Assembly: GCA_050179755.1 (NCBI GenBank)
Contig: JBFXEV010000001.1
Location: 137,994 to 201,993, forward strand
Source: Candidatus Babeliales bacterium
GTDB lineage: Bacteria; Babelota; Babeliae; Babelales; JBFXEV01
DNA length: 64,000 bases
Direction of reading: 5' to 3'
The position numbers and the translations under genes were made by a program. This document shows, one piece after another, positions 1-9,539 of this stretch. Numbering within the stretch: the first letter of the stretch is position 1; the number at the start of each line of letters is the position of its first letter. A model generated the notes under the pieces. It did no database searches. It was not told where the DNA came from and was given only the letters and a program-made list of their open reading frames with translations.

Positions 1-1566
1 TTGTGCATCAATGTCATCTTCATAAGCAACAATAACAGTATCTATATCATCAAATAATGCTACGGCATACGGCGTACCAAAAATCGCTAGCACTACTTTT
101 TTGCCTTGTTTTTGCAAACGTTTTATAAAGTCTTGATTTGCTGGTGAAATGCCAAATCTTTTATGCATATATTTATTCATACCAAATAAACACACCACCA
201 CTGAATCAAATGCGGCAAGTTCATTTTCAATAGCAAAAATGTCTACGTTAGTTGCATCAGGCTTCAATGAAAAAGTAACCAACGAAGTATCATCGGCGTG
301 TTTATGAATCGCTACTTTTTGTTGCTCGATAAATAATGCTGCAGTTTTTGGTGAGTGTTTGAGAGGCAATAGTCCTTCTCTATCACGAACAAGAGTTATT
401 GCTTGGCTATAAAGTTGACCTTTTAAATAGTACGCTTCTTTGGTGTGAAATTGATCATGGCTTGGCACAGCCTGTTCCTGATATGCATCAAGACCCATTG
501 ATTGCTTCATGCGCAATATTTTATAAACACTTTCATTAAGGCGTTCTTCACTAATTATGCCAACGCGCACTGCTTGTAAAACCGCGTCAATAGCCTCAAT
601 TGGATCTTTACTATCGATGAGCAAATCATTACCTGCAAGAACTGCCATCACTGCAGCATCTCCCGAATTAAAATGATCGCTTACCCCTTGCATAGCAAGG
701 CCATCAGTAACGATAACGCCTTGATACCCAAGTTCTTTTTTAAGCAAATCAGTAACAGCTGCTTTACTTAAACTTGCAGGCATATTTTGCATATCGTCTA
801 GCACAGGAATATGTAAATGAGCTGTCATAATCATAGGAACGTTGTGTTCAATCATTTTTTGAAACGGATATAACTCACGCCCAATCAAAAGCTCCTTTGA
901 ATGGCGTAATACGGGCAATGCGTAATGAGAATCTACATCCGTATCTCCGTGCCCTGGAAAATGTTTGGCGCAGCTTAGTATTCCTGCATCATGCATACCT
1001 TGCATATAAAGAAGCGCACGTTCGGTGACTTCCTCTATATTACTTCCAAAAGAACGATCATGTATTACGGGATTTTTTGGATTAGAATTAACATCTACCA
1101 CTGGCGCAAAATTAATATGCACACCCAATAACTTACATTGACGGCCAATTTCTTTGCCAAGTTCGTATATAAGCTGTTTATTTTCTAGGGCACCAAGGGT
1201 CATATTATGAGGAAATCGGATTACCTGTTTAAGGCACTGCGATAAACCCCATTCAAAATCTTGTGAAATGAGTAATGCCGTATCTGCATGCCTTTGCAGT
1301 TCATTGATAAGCATGGCTTCTTGAACGGGCGAATGGCGTTCATCCAATTGTAATGTGCCACGAAGCAACAAAATGCCTCCCACTTGATAGTCACTGATCA
1401 GTTTAATCATGAGCTCATAATCACCAACTTTGCCCACTCTAAAGCTTGGCATAAAAACTTGTCCTACTTTTTGTTCTAAGCTCATGTTTGCAAGTTGATC
1501 ATCTGCCCAGTCAGCACGCATACATGCTGTTACAAGCAACATGGTCATGAATATTATTTTCTGCAT
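1..1566 (-). CDS. nagZ: GH3 beta-N-acetylhexosaminidase (NagZ-like), exported; 3' end runs off the window
   Basis: Not in ORF track. Manual translation from ATG at 1566 behind AAGGAG gives a signal-like N-terminus (MQKIIFMTMLLVTACMRA), NFAPVVD and the NagZ signature KHFPGHGDTDVDSH. Confidence 0.8.
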   Translation of the reverse strand, partial: MQKIIFMTMLLVTACMRADWADDQLANMSLEQKVGQVFMPSFRVGKVGDYELMIKLISDYQVGGILLLRGTLQLDERHSPVQEAMLINELQRHADTALLISQDFEWGLSQCLKQVIRFPHNMTLGALENKQLIYELGKEIGRQCKLLGVHINFAPVVDVNSNPKNPVIHDRSFGSNIEEVTERALLYMQGMHDAGILSCAKHFPGHGDTDVDSHYALPVLRHSKELLIGRELYPFQKMIEHNVPMIMTAHLHIPVLDDMQNMPASLSKAAVTDLLKKELGYQGVIVTDGLAMQGVSDHFNSGDAAVMAVLAGNDLLIDSKDPIEAIDAVLQAVRVGIISEERLNESVYKILRMKQSMGLDAYQEQAVPSHDQFHTKEAYYLKGQLYSQAITLVRDREGLLPLKHSPKTAALFIEQQKVAIHKHADDTSLVTFSLKPDATNVDIFAIENELAAFDSVVVCLFGMNKYMHKRFGISPANQDFIKRLQKQGKKVVLAIFGTPYAVALFDDIDTVIVAYEDDIDAQ

Positions 1567-1680
1567 AAAAACTCCTTGTGTTATAGGTTGTTGCAAAAAG
1601 AGTAACACTCATTTTATCAAAAGACGAGTCTTCTTGCGTTGCACGTTAGTGTTTTGGTACGATGAAAATAAGGAGCTGCA

Positions 1681-2880
1681 ATGAAGAAAAAAGTATTATT
1701 CTTACTGTTATTTACAAGCACTCTAGTAATTTCTTGTTTGTTGCTCAAAACACCTTCCTCGGATCCTTATGCTTCTTTTAGAAAATACCCAGACATTGCT
1801 GAATTTTTAGCAAAATGTGAACAAACGCAAAGTCCAGTGACAAGAAATTGCTCACCAAAAGAAATAAAAAAATACTCAGATTTAGCAAAGGAACTTTTCA
1901 ATTTTCAAGGTATTATGAGTCAATCAGATGGTCATCTACAACAAAATGCCTGTGTTGCATGGGATAATATCATGACTATTGTAGGTAATCCTGCATACAA
2001 AAAGGTTTTTGATAGTGCACTTGCTCACGAACGATATGTTGCTAATGAAAGCGCAGTCTTTTACCATGCACAACAAAACATCTATTATTGGTTAGAACTA
2101 CTTTATACCAAGTTATGGGAACGCAAATATAATCAACCGCTCAGCAATTATTTGTTTTTACGTTTTCCCGATGAACAAAATCAAGATACTATTGTAAAAG
2201 AATTACAGAATGGAGAACAAACAAGAAAACGGTGGCTTGTACAGGGCCGCCAAAAAAATCATACTGCTGAGGATATAAGCCCTATAGTACTTGGTACTAA
2301 CTATGCTCTCTTTGCCAATTCAAAAAACCATTTATGTAGCACGGTTCAATATTTTGTGCATAAGTTTAATGATTTTGATCCAAAAATAACAACTTCTGAT
2401 ATTTTGGCAAAATTCAGCACTCAAGATTTATATCATAGGTATAAGCCATTACTTGATGATATTGAGCATGAATTTAAGAAAGTTGTCCCTCAGAGCGTAT
2501 TATTACAGATCATGATTCCATTTCACTTACTTAAAGAGCATGTCTATCTTTCTACGCAAGGCAGTTGGAAAACAAGTATCTATATACACGATAAGGTAAC
2601 AGATGATGTCTATACTATACTACATACCTTAAAAACTGCCCCTGCAGCATTTCCAGAATCTGATACTCCTGTATTTAGAATAATAGTCACACCAGATTCA
2701 CTTCATATATTGCGTATACAGGGAGCCCACATTCTTATTTATGGCGCTTTTGATAAAGAAAAACTGCAACAGATAATTACTAAACTTGAACAGCTTATTG
2801 AGCGCATAGCTCAAGAAAATCCAGAGCTATTTGAAAACAAAGTTGACCATAAAATTTCTCACTCTTTTTTAGGAGAGTAA
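1681..2880 (+). CDS. Hypothetical protein with N-terminal signal/anchor
   Basis: 399-aa ORF, AAGGAG RBS, hydrophobic N-terminus, no family recognised. Confidence 0.7.
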   Translation: MKKKVLFLLLFTSTLVISCLLLKTPSSDPYASFRKYPDIAEFLAKCEQTQSPVTRNCSPKEIKKYSDLAKELFNFQGIMSQSDGHLQQNACVAWDNIMTIVGNPAYKKVFDSALAHERYVANESAVFYHAQQNIYYWLELLYTKLWERKYNQPLSNYLFLRFPDEQNQDTIVKELQNGEQTRKRWLVQGRQKNHTAEDISPIVLGTNYALFANSKNHLCSTVQYFVHKFNDFDPKITTSDILAKFSTQDLYHRYKPLLDDIEHEFKKVVPQSVLLQIMIPFHLLKEHVYLSTQGSWKTSIYIHDKVTDDVYTILHTLKTAPAAFPESDTPVFRIIVTPDSLHILRIQGAHILIYGAFDKEKLQQIITKLEQLIERIAQENPELFENKVDHKISHSFLGE

Positions 2881-3527
2881 GCATTAATATAACGCAGAAT
2901 AATAGTTTTTCCTAAAAGGCTTGTAATCAGTGCAGGATTAGCTTGAAAATACTTTTGCCATTCCAGAGAATCTTCTTTTACACAATCTAAAGGAATTTGG
3001 CCCTCATTATCTTGCATCAATAAAACGCGCACAAGGCCTGCTACATGCCATTTCATAAACAAGGAATACGTTTTACCTGGCAGAGAAATTTTACGCACTG
3101 TTTCAATCACCTGCCCGCGCGGCGTGCATAATAAAACAAATAAGGTACTTTTAGCTTGCGTGTCTGCTGCTGCAAGATGATGAAACACCGTTTTGCCACT
3201 TGCATCCCGTTCTTGCAGAGAAGCACCCCCTTGCAAACAATCTACTACACGTTTATCATTACCAGTTAAAACTGCTTGATAAAATGAAACTTCTTGCTCA
3301 TTTTCTGTTGGCCGCACTACAGAAATTGCCAAGCCTTGGGAAAGAGAATCGGCTACTTCACTAAGCTCTTCTACATCATCTTGCAGCAAAGCAGCAGCAC
3401 TTACCTGCTGTCCTGGTAATAAAGACGATTGCAAGCCAACTGAATCCATTGCATATACGTAACAGTTACCTAACCCCAAGAATATTAAAAAAAATACAGC
3501 ACATACAGCTACTCTTGAAAACTTCAT
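2859..3527 (-). CDS. Exported ankyrin-repeat protein
   Basis: Signal peptide ending VYA-MDS; ankyrin-like DASGKTVFHHLA and DNEGQIPLD. Confidence 0.7.
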   Translation of the reverse strand: MKFSRVAVCAVFFLIFLGLGNCYVYAMDSVGLQSSLLPGQQVSAAALLQDDVEELSEVADSLSQGLAISVVRPTENEQEVSFYQAVLTGNDKRVVDCLQGGASLQERDASGKTVFHHLAAADTQAKSTLFVLLCTPRGQVIETVRKISLPGKTYSLFMKWHVAGLVRVLLMQDNEGQIPLDCVKEDSLEWQKYFQANPALITSLLGKTIILRYINAYSPKKE

Positions 3528-3552
3528 AATAACGCTCCATTTTTACTATTTA

Positions 3553-4995
3553 TTACTGCTCCTTTACACACTCCAATAATTTTAAATACTTGGCATCTCT
3601 TAGTCGCTGATATGCATCACAAGATAAAGCACGATCTAACTTCATCCCAAAAATAGTATTGCCTTCATTTGTCTCAAGCGCACAGACTTCCCTTAACATT
3701 TTTGTATGGCGACCTATCAACGCTTCCACTATCTTCTGCTGCAAAATTTCTCCCTCATATTGCAATAGCTGTGCAAGTTGTTTAAAACTCAATTGAGTAA
3801 TCATTTCAGCAGTGCTTCGTGTCTTTTGATAGGTACCAAGCGGTAGAGCGCTCATATCGTGTGCAATATACTTTGCTAATAGGGCATGAACCACATTATG
3901 AGGTATTGCTATGTTATGATCTTTACGTAGCTGATACAACCCACAAAGAAACGCAAAGACTCTGCAAGAAACGTCCTTACATGTGATTCCGCCACATTCT
4001 TTTATAGTGCCCATTGGGCATGCAAGAAATTCAAAGAATTTCTCACGCAATATCTCATTTACTTCCCAATTGCGCAATGCAGTATTAAGTATAGAAAGTG
4101 GCGTTGCGTCTTGATCATCCAATATGGTAAGCTTTGCGCCATACAACATTAATTGTTGCCACCTTGCAAAACAGGGAATTTGCCCAACCCAATGCAATGG
4201 TGTAGTGTTTGCAAGATCCTGTACATTCAAACATTCAGTAAGCGTTTTTTCAGCTAATGATCGCTCACTGCGCCATGCCACATGTTTAAGTAATTGGGGC
4301 ATTACAACCTCAAATTTTTCCGAAATAATTGCCCAATGCATAGGAGTACCACCTTGAGTTTTAAAAAACAAATTTACGCCTTGTTTTAAAAATCTTTCTA
4401 TTTCTTGAACTTCTCCTGAACATAAAGCCGATGCAAATGGCGCATAGCAAATATCAAACATGCATGAAGCATTAATATGCTCAGGAAGCTGACCTCTTTG
4501 ATTTTGAATACCAACATTACTGCCACGATCAATAAGCAATCTTGCAACAGGTTTATGATGAAATGCTAGTGCTCGATGCAACGCAGTGCACCCTTCGTCA
4601 TCAAGCGCATCAATAAAGGCACCATGATCAAGAAGAAATGTGGCCACGCTAGATGTATTGTGCAATAGCGCGGTAATATGCAAAGCAGTAAGATCGTTAG
4701 CTGTCGCCGCATCCACTTGAGCTCCATAGTGCAATAAATGCGTAAGCAAATCAAAATTTTGCCTGCCTGTAGCATAATGAAAAGCTGTAGCCTTAAACTC
4801 ATCACGCGCATCAGGGTTTGCCTTTAGCAGAAGGCAAACTTTTGCACGCAATGTATTGCCTTCTTTTGCAGCCTCAATAAGGCCCCGCTCCAAAAATGTT
4901 AATGGCTTAGACGCTACACGATCTGATGATGAATCCATAGGAAGCATCGAACATGCTTTACATAAAGTTACCCATAGCAGTACTTTAAGCTTCAT
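3553..4995 (-). CDS. Exported ankyrin-repeat protein with helical C-terminal domain
   Basis: Multiple ankyrin repeats (TAFHYA, TALHIT, GCTALHRA, GGTPMHWA, TTPLHW). Confidence 0.85.
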   Translation of the reverse strand: MKLKVLLWVTLCKACSMLPMDSSSDRVASKPLTFLERGLIEAAKEGNTLRAKVCLLLKANPDARDEFKATAFHYATGRQNFDLLTHLLHYGAQVDAATANDLTALHITALLHNTSSVATFLLDHGAFIDALDDEGCTALHRALAFHHKPVARLLIDRGSNVGIQNQRGQLPEHINASCMFDICYAPFASALCSGEVQEIERFLKQGVNLFFKTQGGTPMHWAIISEKFEVVMPQLLKHVAWRSERSLAEKTLTECLNVQDLANTTPLHWVGQIPCFARWQQLMLYGAKLTILDDQDATPLSILNTALRNWEVNEILREKFFEFLACPMGTIKECGGITCKDVSCRVFAFLCGLYQLRKDHNIAIPHNVVHALLAKYIAHDMSALPLGTYQKTRSTAEMITQLSFKQLAQLLQYEGEILQQKIVEALIGRHTKMLREVCALETNEGNTIFGMKLDRALSCDAYQRLRDAKYLKLLECVKEQ

Positions 4996-5127
4996 GCTGA
5001 TTCCTTTTTAATCTCGGCTCTTTTCTATTACCAGATTACAAGAATTCACATAGAAATTGCAATGATGCAAGATCATATGCGCAAATAAAAGCTTTATAGA
5101 ATGTTTTTTGCTATTTGTTATGAAAAA

Positions 5128-6987
5128 TCAAAAGAGTTCTTTCACTGCTCTAACTATTGCTGCAGCATCAAGCTCTTCATAAGCAAAAAGCTCTTCCGGC
5201 GTTCCAGAGCGCGGCATATGATCGACTGCAAGGCTCTTTACCTGCACATTCTCATTAATTAATGCACTGGCAACAGCTTCACCCAGTCCGCCTGCTCTAT
5301 AATGATCTTCCACAGTCACCACACGTTTGCACGATTTTTTTACTACTCGCTCTATAACATCCTGCGCTAGTGGCTTAATAGAATAAGCATCAATAACTGC
5401 TACATGAATCTTTTGTGCATGCAAGATATCATAGGCTTTGAGCGCTTCAAAGAGCGTAATCCCTGCTGCTATGATACAAGCTTTATCACTACCTGATTGA
5501 CGTACTATATGACAACCACCCACACTAAATTGTTGATCATTATCATACATAACGGGTGTTGCAGCGCGCGTAGTACGCATATAACTAATGCCTGCAGTAT
5601 AATTTGCCATTAGTCCTAACATTTTATACGTACCCACAGCATCGGCCGGATATAAAATAATTGAATTAGGAATCGCACGCATCATTGCAATATCTTCCAG
5701 CCCCATTTGAGACGGGCCGTCTTCACCAATAGAAACTCCTGCATGAGAACCAACAATGCGTAATGGTGCCTGACCAATAGCAGCCATGCGAATTTGATCA
5801 TACGCTCTTGTTAAAAAGCAAGCAAACGTAGATATAAACGGAATTTTCCCACGAGATGCAAAACCAACACCCATAGAAACCATATTTTGTTCCGCAATAA
5901 AGCATTGTACAAATCGATCCGGAAACTGTTTTTCAAAAAGCTCTGCAAAGGTTGAATTTTTCACCTCAGCATCTAAGCTTATTACCATTTCAATCATTTT
6001 GCCAAGCTCAACAAGCCCTAAACCATACGCTTTACGCGTGGCAATGAGTTCCCCCTTTTTAAAATGAGGAATGAGCACCATAGGTTTATGTTGCTTGACC
6101 GGTTGTTCATCTTTTGGATATTGAGCCTTCCACGTATACGCAATCTGAGCATCTGCAATCTTGCCAAATCGATCATGTAGCTCTTGAAGCACACCAGGTA
6201 ATTCTTCTTTTGAAAAAGCTTTGCCATGATAGCCTTGCTTACCCTCAATAGACTTTATGCCATATCCTTTGATCGTTTTTGCAATAATAATGATAGGCTT
6301 TCCCGTAAGTTTTTTTGCTTGATCAAATGCTTTTGCAATATCAACAATATTATGACCATCAACCACTAAAGCATGCCACCCGAACGAGGCAAACATTGCT
6401 TGATAATGCTCAAGATGATAGCCTTCCATAGTTTCAGTGCTTTGCCCCAATTTATTAACATCCAAAATTGCAATAAGATTATCCAACTTATAATGAGCCG
6501 CAATCATTGCAGCCTCCCATACTGAACCTTCTGCAACTTCACTATCACCCATAAGCACGTAGGTTCTAAAACTACGCTTATCCATTTTGGCGCTTAAAGC
6601 AATGCCAGCCCCAATAGAAAGGCCCTGACCAAGAGATCCGGTTGCAGCCTCTGAATAACTAAACCGCGCTGTGGGATGCCCCTCAAGAACAGAATTAAAC
6701 TTACGCAAGCTCAGCAACTCTTTCTCGCTTAGAAGCCCTAATTCTTTATATATTGCATACAATAATGGAGCTGCATGACCTTTTGATAAAATAAAACGAT
6801 CGTTATTCGGATTTGCATGCGCTTCCGGATCAAATTGCATGGTATAAAAAAAGAGAACAGCTACCAAGTCAGCCGCTGAAAGACAAGTAGTAGGGTGACC
6901 AGAGCCAGCTTGCGTAGTAGAAAGAATAGACGAAACACGAGTATTATAAGCTGTACGTTCCAAAAAATCTTTTTGTGCAAAGTCCAT
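5128..6987 (-). CDS. tkt: Transketolase (short, ~620-aa type)
   Basis: GSGHPTT, DRFILSKGHAAP, TGSLGQG, ThDP motif GDSE..EG...N, IAEQNM, HAGVSIGEDGPSQM. Confidence 0.93.
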   Translation of the reverse strand: MDFAQKDFLERTAYNTRVSSILSTTQAGSGHPTTCLSAADLVAVLFFYTMQFDPEAHANPNNDRFILSKGHAAPLLYAIYKELGLLSEKELLSLRKFNSVLEGHPTARFSYSEAATGSLGQGLSIGAGIALSAKMDKRSFRTYVLMGDSEVAEGSVWEAAMIAAHYKLDNLIAILDVNKLGQSTETMEGYHLEHYQAMFASFGWHALVVDGHNIVDIAKAFDQAKKLTGKPIIIIAKTIKGYGIKSIEGKQGYHGKAFSKEELPGVLQELHDRFGKIADAQIAYTWKAQYPKDEQPVKQHKPMVLIPHFKKGELIATRKAYGLGLVELGKMIEMVISLDAEVKNSTFAELFEKQFPDRFVQCFIAEQNMVSMGVGFASRGKIPFISTFACFLTRAYDQIRMAAIGQAPLRIVGSHAGVSIGEDGPSQMGLEDIAMMRAIPNSIILYPADAVGTYKMLGLMANYTAGISYMRTTRAATPVMYDNDQQFSVGGCHIVRQSGSDKACIIAAGITLFEALKAYDILHAQKIHVAVIDAYSIKPLAQDVIERVVKKSCKRVVTVEDHYRAGGLGEAVASALINENVQVKSLAVDHMPRSGTPEELFAYEELDAAAIVRAVKELF

Positions 6988-7064
6988 TGAGTACTCTCCT
7001 TAGATATAATAATTATTCTAGATGTAGTCTACTAAGAATTTAAAAGGAGAGCGAGAGTTCAACA

Positions 7065-7094
7065 AAAAAGGGTTACCTTTCAGTAACCCTTTTT
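7065..7094 (-). terminator. Intrinsic terminator, probably bidirectional
   Basis: AAAAAGGGTTAC-CTTTCA-GTAACCCTTTTT just downstream of the 7126-9290 gene cluster. Confidence 0.8.
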
Positions 7095-7125
7095 ATCTTT
7101 ACGTTTAATTACTTAAACGAACTAT

Positions 7126-7356
7126 TTAAAAGAATGAAGCTCGTGAACGATTAGTTTGAGTTCTTCTTTGTGTTGCAGTTTGCTGTGTTGTAGTTCCTTT
7201 ACGCGGTTCAACTTGAGCCTGTCTTGCAGGAGTTGTTCGCTGTGCTGACCGAGTTGTTGTTGTTCGCGCAGTTGTGCTGCTTGTACGATCCATAGCTTGG
7301 AGGCCAAATGCAACCAATGCTACAAACACTGAAGTTAAGATTAATTTGATATTCAT
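7126..7356 (-). CDS. Small exported Thr/Arg/Gln-rich disordered protein
   Basis: AAGGAG RBS, signal peptide LQA-MDR, ends RASFF. Confidence 0.75.
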   Translation of the reverse strand: MNIKLILTSVFVALVAFGLQAMDRTSSTTARTTTTRSAQRTTPARQAQVEPRKGTTTQQTATQRRTQTNRSRASFF

Positions 7357-7488
7357 GATATCTCCTTTTGTTTATTGTACAATAACATTTTTATTCAATT
7401 TCCAATTTTATATCCCTTAAAAAATGCTCTTCCGGAACGTTGCGTTGCAGCAGGCTTGTTGCACGGCTGTTGTCTTGCTGACGCGGAT

Positions 7489-8208
7489 CTAAAATCTAAA
7501 TACAGCAGTTTTTTCAGGCGTTTGCGTTCTTGTTACTTCAGGCTGTGCAGTTTTTGCAGGCTGTGGCGCTGCTGTTGCTCGTGCTGGTGCAGATCTAAAC
7601 GCAGCAGCTTTTGCAGGCGTTTGCCTTGCTATTACACGCGGTGCAGCAGTAGCTGGTCTTGTTGCTGGTTGCGCAGGACGTTTAAAAGCAGCAGCTCGTG
7701 TAGTTGCAGGCTGTACTGTTGTAGGTCTTACGGTACTTGTAGTATGTGACCTTGCAATAGCTCTTTGCGCTGCAGACGAAGAAGCTGCAGAACGTTGAGC
7801 AGATGTTTGCGCTGTCATGGGTTGTACAATCGATGCAGTTGTAGCTGTTGAAAGCGGTCTAGCACCAACCATTGTAGGGCGCGATACTGCCGGTCGTGTT
7901 ATTGGTTGCGCAACGGGTCTTGCTGCCACAGTTGAAACTGGCGCTTGAGCTACCGGTCTTACAAACGTTGAAGTTGGAGCCTGTGTTACCATTGGCTGTG
8001 CAAACGTTGGTGCTGGAGCTGTAGTCATTGTTGGTTGTGTAATCGTTGATGAGGAAGTTTGTGTAATAATGGGCTGAGCTACCGTTGATGATGGCGCAGC
8101 ACCAATTGGCGCTTGTGGCGCGCTAAGTGCAGATGTCTGTGCTTGTAATTTTAATGACCCACAAAGTATACTAACCATCACTAAGTTCATTATTATTTGT
8201 TTTTTCAT
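7489..8208 (-). CDS. Exported Ala/Thr/Pro-rich disordered protein, probably C-terminally truncated by a 7-nt duplication
   Basis: AAGGAG RBS, signal peptide, PAT/QP repeats; the stop lies inside a tandem TTTAGAT-TTTAGAT repeat. Confidence 0.75.
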   Translation of the reverse strand: MKKQIIMNLVMVSILCGSLKLQAQTSALSAPQAPIGAAPSSTVAQPIITQTSSSTITQPTMTTAPAPTFAQPMVTQAPTSTFVRPVAQAPVSTVAARPVAQPITRPAVSRPTMVGARPLSTATTASIVQPMTAQTSAQRSAASSSAAQRAIARSHTTSTVRPTTVQPATTRAAAFKRPAQPATRPATAAPRVIARQTPAKAAAFRSAPARATAAPQPAKTAQPEVTRTQTPEKTAVFRF

Positions 8209-8228
8209 ATTATCTCCTTTTTAATTTT

Positions 8229-8777
8229 TTATTTATTGAAAAAACCTCTTGCGCGCTGTGCTGGTGCACTTTGCATTACATTTTGAGCTGCAGCTGGCGC
8301 AGTTGAGCCAGTTGTTTGCCCTAAACCTCTAAACGTATCTGCTGATGACATACCTTCAGATACTGTTGAAACACCCTGCTCGGGCAATGCCGCAGAAGCA
8401 CCCGGCGCTGTACTTATTGATGAAAACGCTTCTTGTGATTGTGCAAATGAGAATCTACTTTGCCTTGGTGTTGCTATAGTAGTTGTAGCTGGTGTTGCAG
8501 TGACCACACTTCTTGCACCTGACGGTTGTACTGGTAATCGCTCTGGTGCTCCTTGCACACGCCCCGCAGGCAATCTACCTGTTGGCAATGTGGCAGCAGT
8601 AGCTGCTGGACTTACAGTAGGTCGAGGAGCAGAAGTAAATTTGCTTACACTTGCAGGCCTAATTCCTTGAGTGCCACGTACCGCATCAAATTTTTGAAAC
8701 ATACCATACGCGCCCGTGGTATAACCACTTACACATGCAAGCATTATAAGTAATTGCTTTTTCATACTATTCTCCAT
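8229..8777 (-). CDS. Exported Ala/Thr/Ser/Pro-rich disordered protein (start may be 8765)
   Basis: Signal peptide AYG-MFQ, low complexity, ends RARGFFNK. Confidence 0.75.
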   Translation of the reverse strand: MENSMKKQLLIMLACVSGYTTGAYGMFQKFDAVRGTQGIRPASVSKFTSAPRPTVSPAATAATLPTGRLPAGRVQGAPERLPVQPSGARSVVTATPATTTIATPRQSRFSFAQSQEAFSSISTAPGASAALPEQGVSTVSEGMSSADTFRGLGQTTGSTAPAAAQNVMQSAPAQRARGFFNK

Positions 8778-8789
8778 TTTTCTAGTATC

Positions 8790-9290
8790 TTAAAAAAATT
8801 TACCGCCACCAAAACGACCTGTTACTGCTCGTGGTTCTGCTGATACAACTGCAGGAGCAGTTTGTACAGCAGGCAGTGGTGTAGCTTCAACTGATTGCGT
8901 AAGTTCAGGCGTTTCTGTAATAATTGGCGACACTTTCTCAAGTTCCATTATTTTTTCTTCTTCAAGTTTAAACAATGGTGTCTGCTCAGTTATTTTAGCT
9001 TCGATTTCTTCTTTCACTAATAAATCATCATCTAGCGGCATTTGATCCACTGGAATTACACATGCTTCAGGAAGGATTGTTTCTTCTGCAAGATCTGCCT
9101 CTCTCTCAATTTTTACTTCGCCTTCTTGCATTAATTGTCTAAGAGGACTCTCTGTTTGCACAAATTCAACTGCATCTATTGTTATTTCTCGTGGATCTTG
9201 TACTTGCTCGGGCTTAACTTTATGCACTACAATAGCGCCAATTAAACCTGCAAGGGCAATAGCCATTACTATTCTTCTTTTCATTTCCAT
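8790..9290 (-). CDS. Exported or anchored acidic low-complexity protein
   Basis: AAGGAG RBS, N-terminal hydrophobic helix, Glu/Pro-rich, ends RFGGGKFF. Confidence 0.75.
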   Translation of the reverse strand: MEMKRRIVMAIALAGLIGAIVVHKVKPEQVQDPREITIDAVEFVQTESPLRQLMQEGEVKIEREADLAEETILPEACVIPVDQMPLDDDLLVKEEIEAKITEQTPLFKLEEEKIMELEKVSPIITETPELTQSVEATPLPAVQTAPAVVSAEPRAVTGRFGGGKFF

Positions 9291-9539
9291 CTCCTTTGGT
9301 TTGGGGTTTTCTCTGTTACAAGAATTTTCATAGCTCCCCCCTCCCCTACTAGACTAAGACAGAGTAACTTAACCAGGTATAACCCTTTAGTTTAGGCCCT
9401 TCTATCATCTTTAGCATACAAAAAAACGGACCAAAAAAGCAATAGTTTTAAGAACAATTTTGAAGCTGGAATCATGATCTAGTCTTGCTTTAGAAAAGAA
9501 ACATATCGCCAAAAAATCGCAAACGTCTATACTAGAGGG

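Noticed and set aside
7375..7749. Cys/Arg/Ser-rich 124-aa plus-strand ORF that looks like a metallothionein or toxin
   Set aside because: Antisense shadow of Ala/Thr/Gln codons in the real minus-strand gene; no RBS
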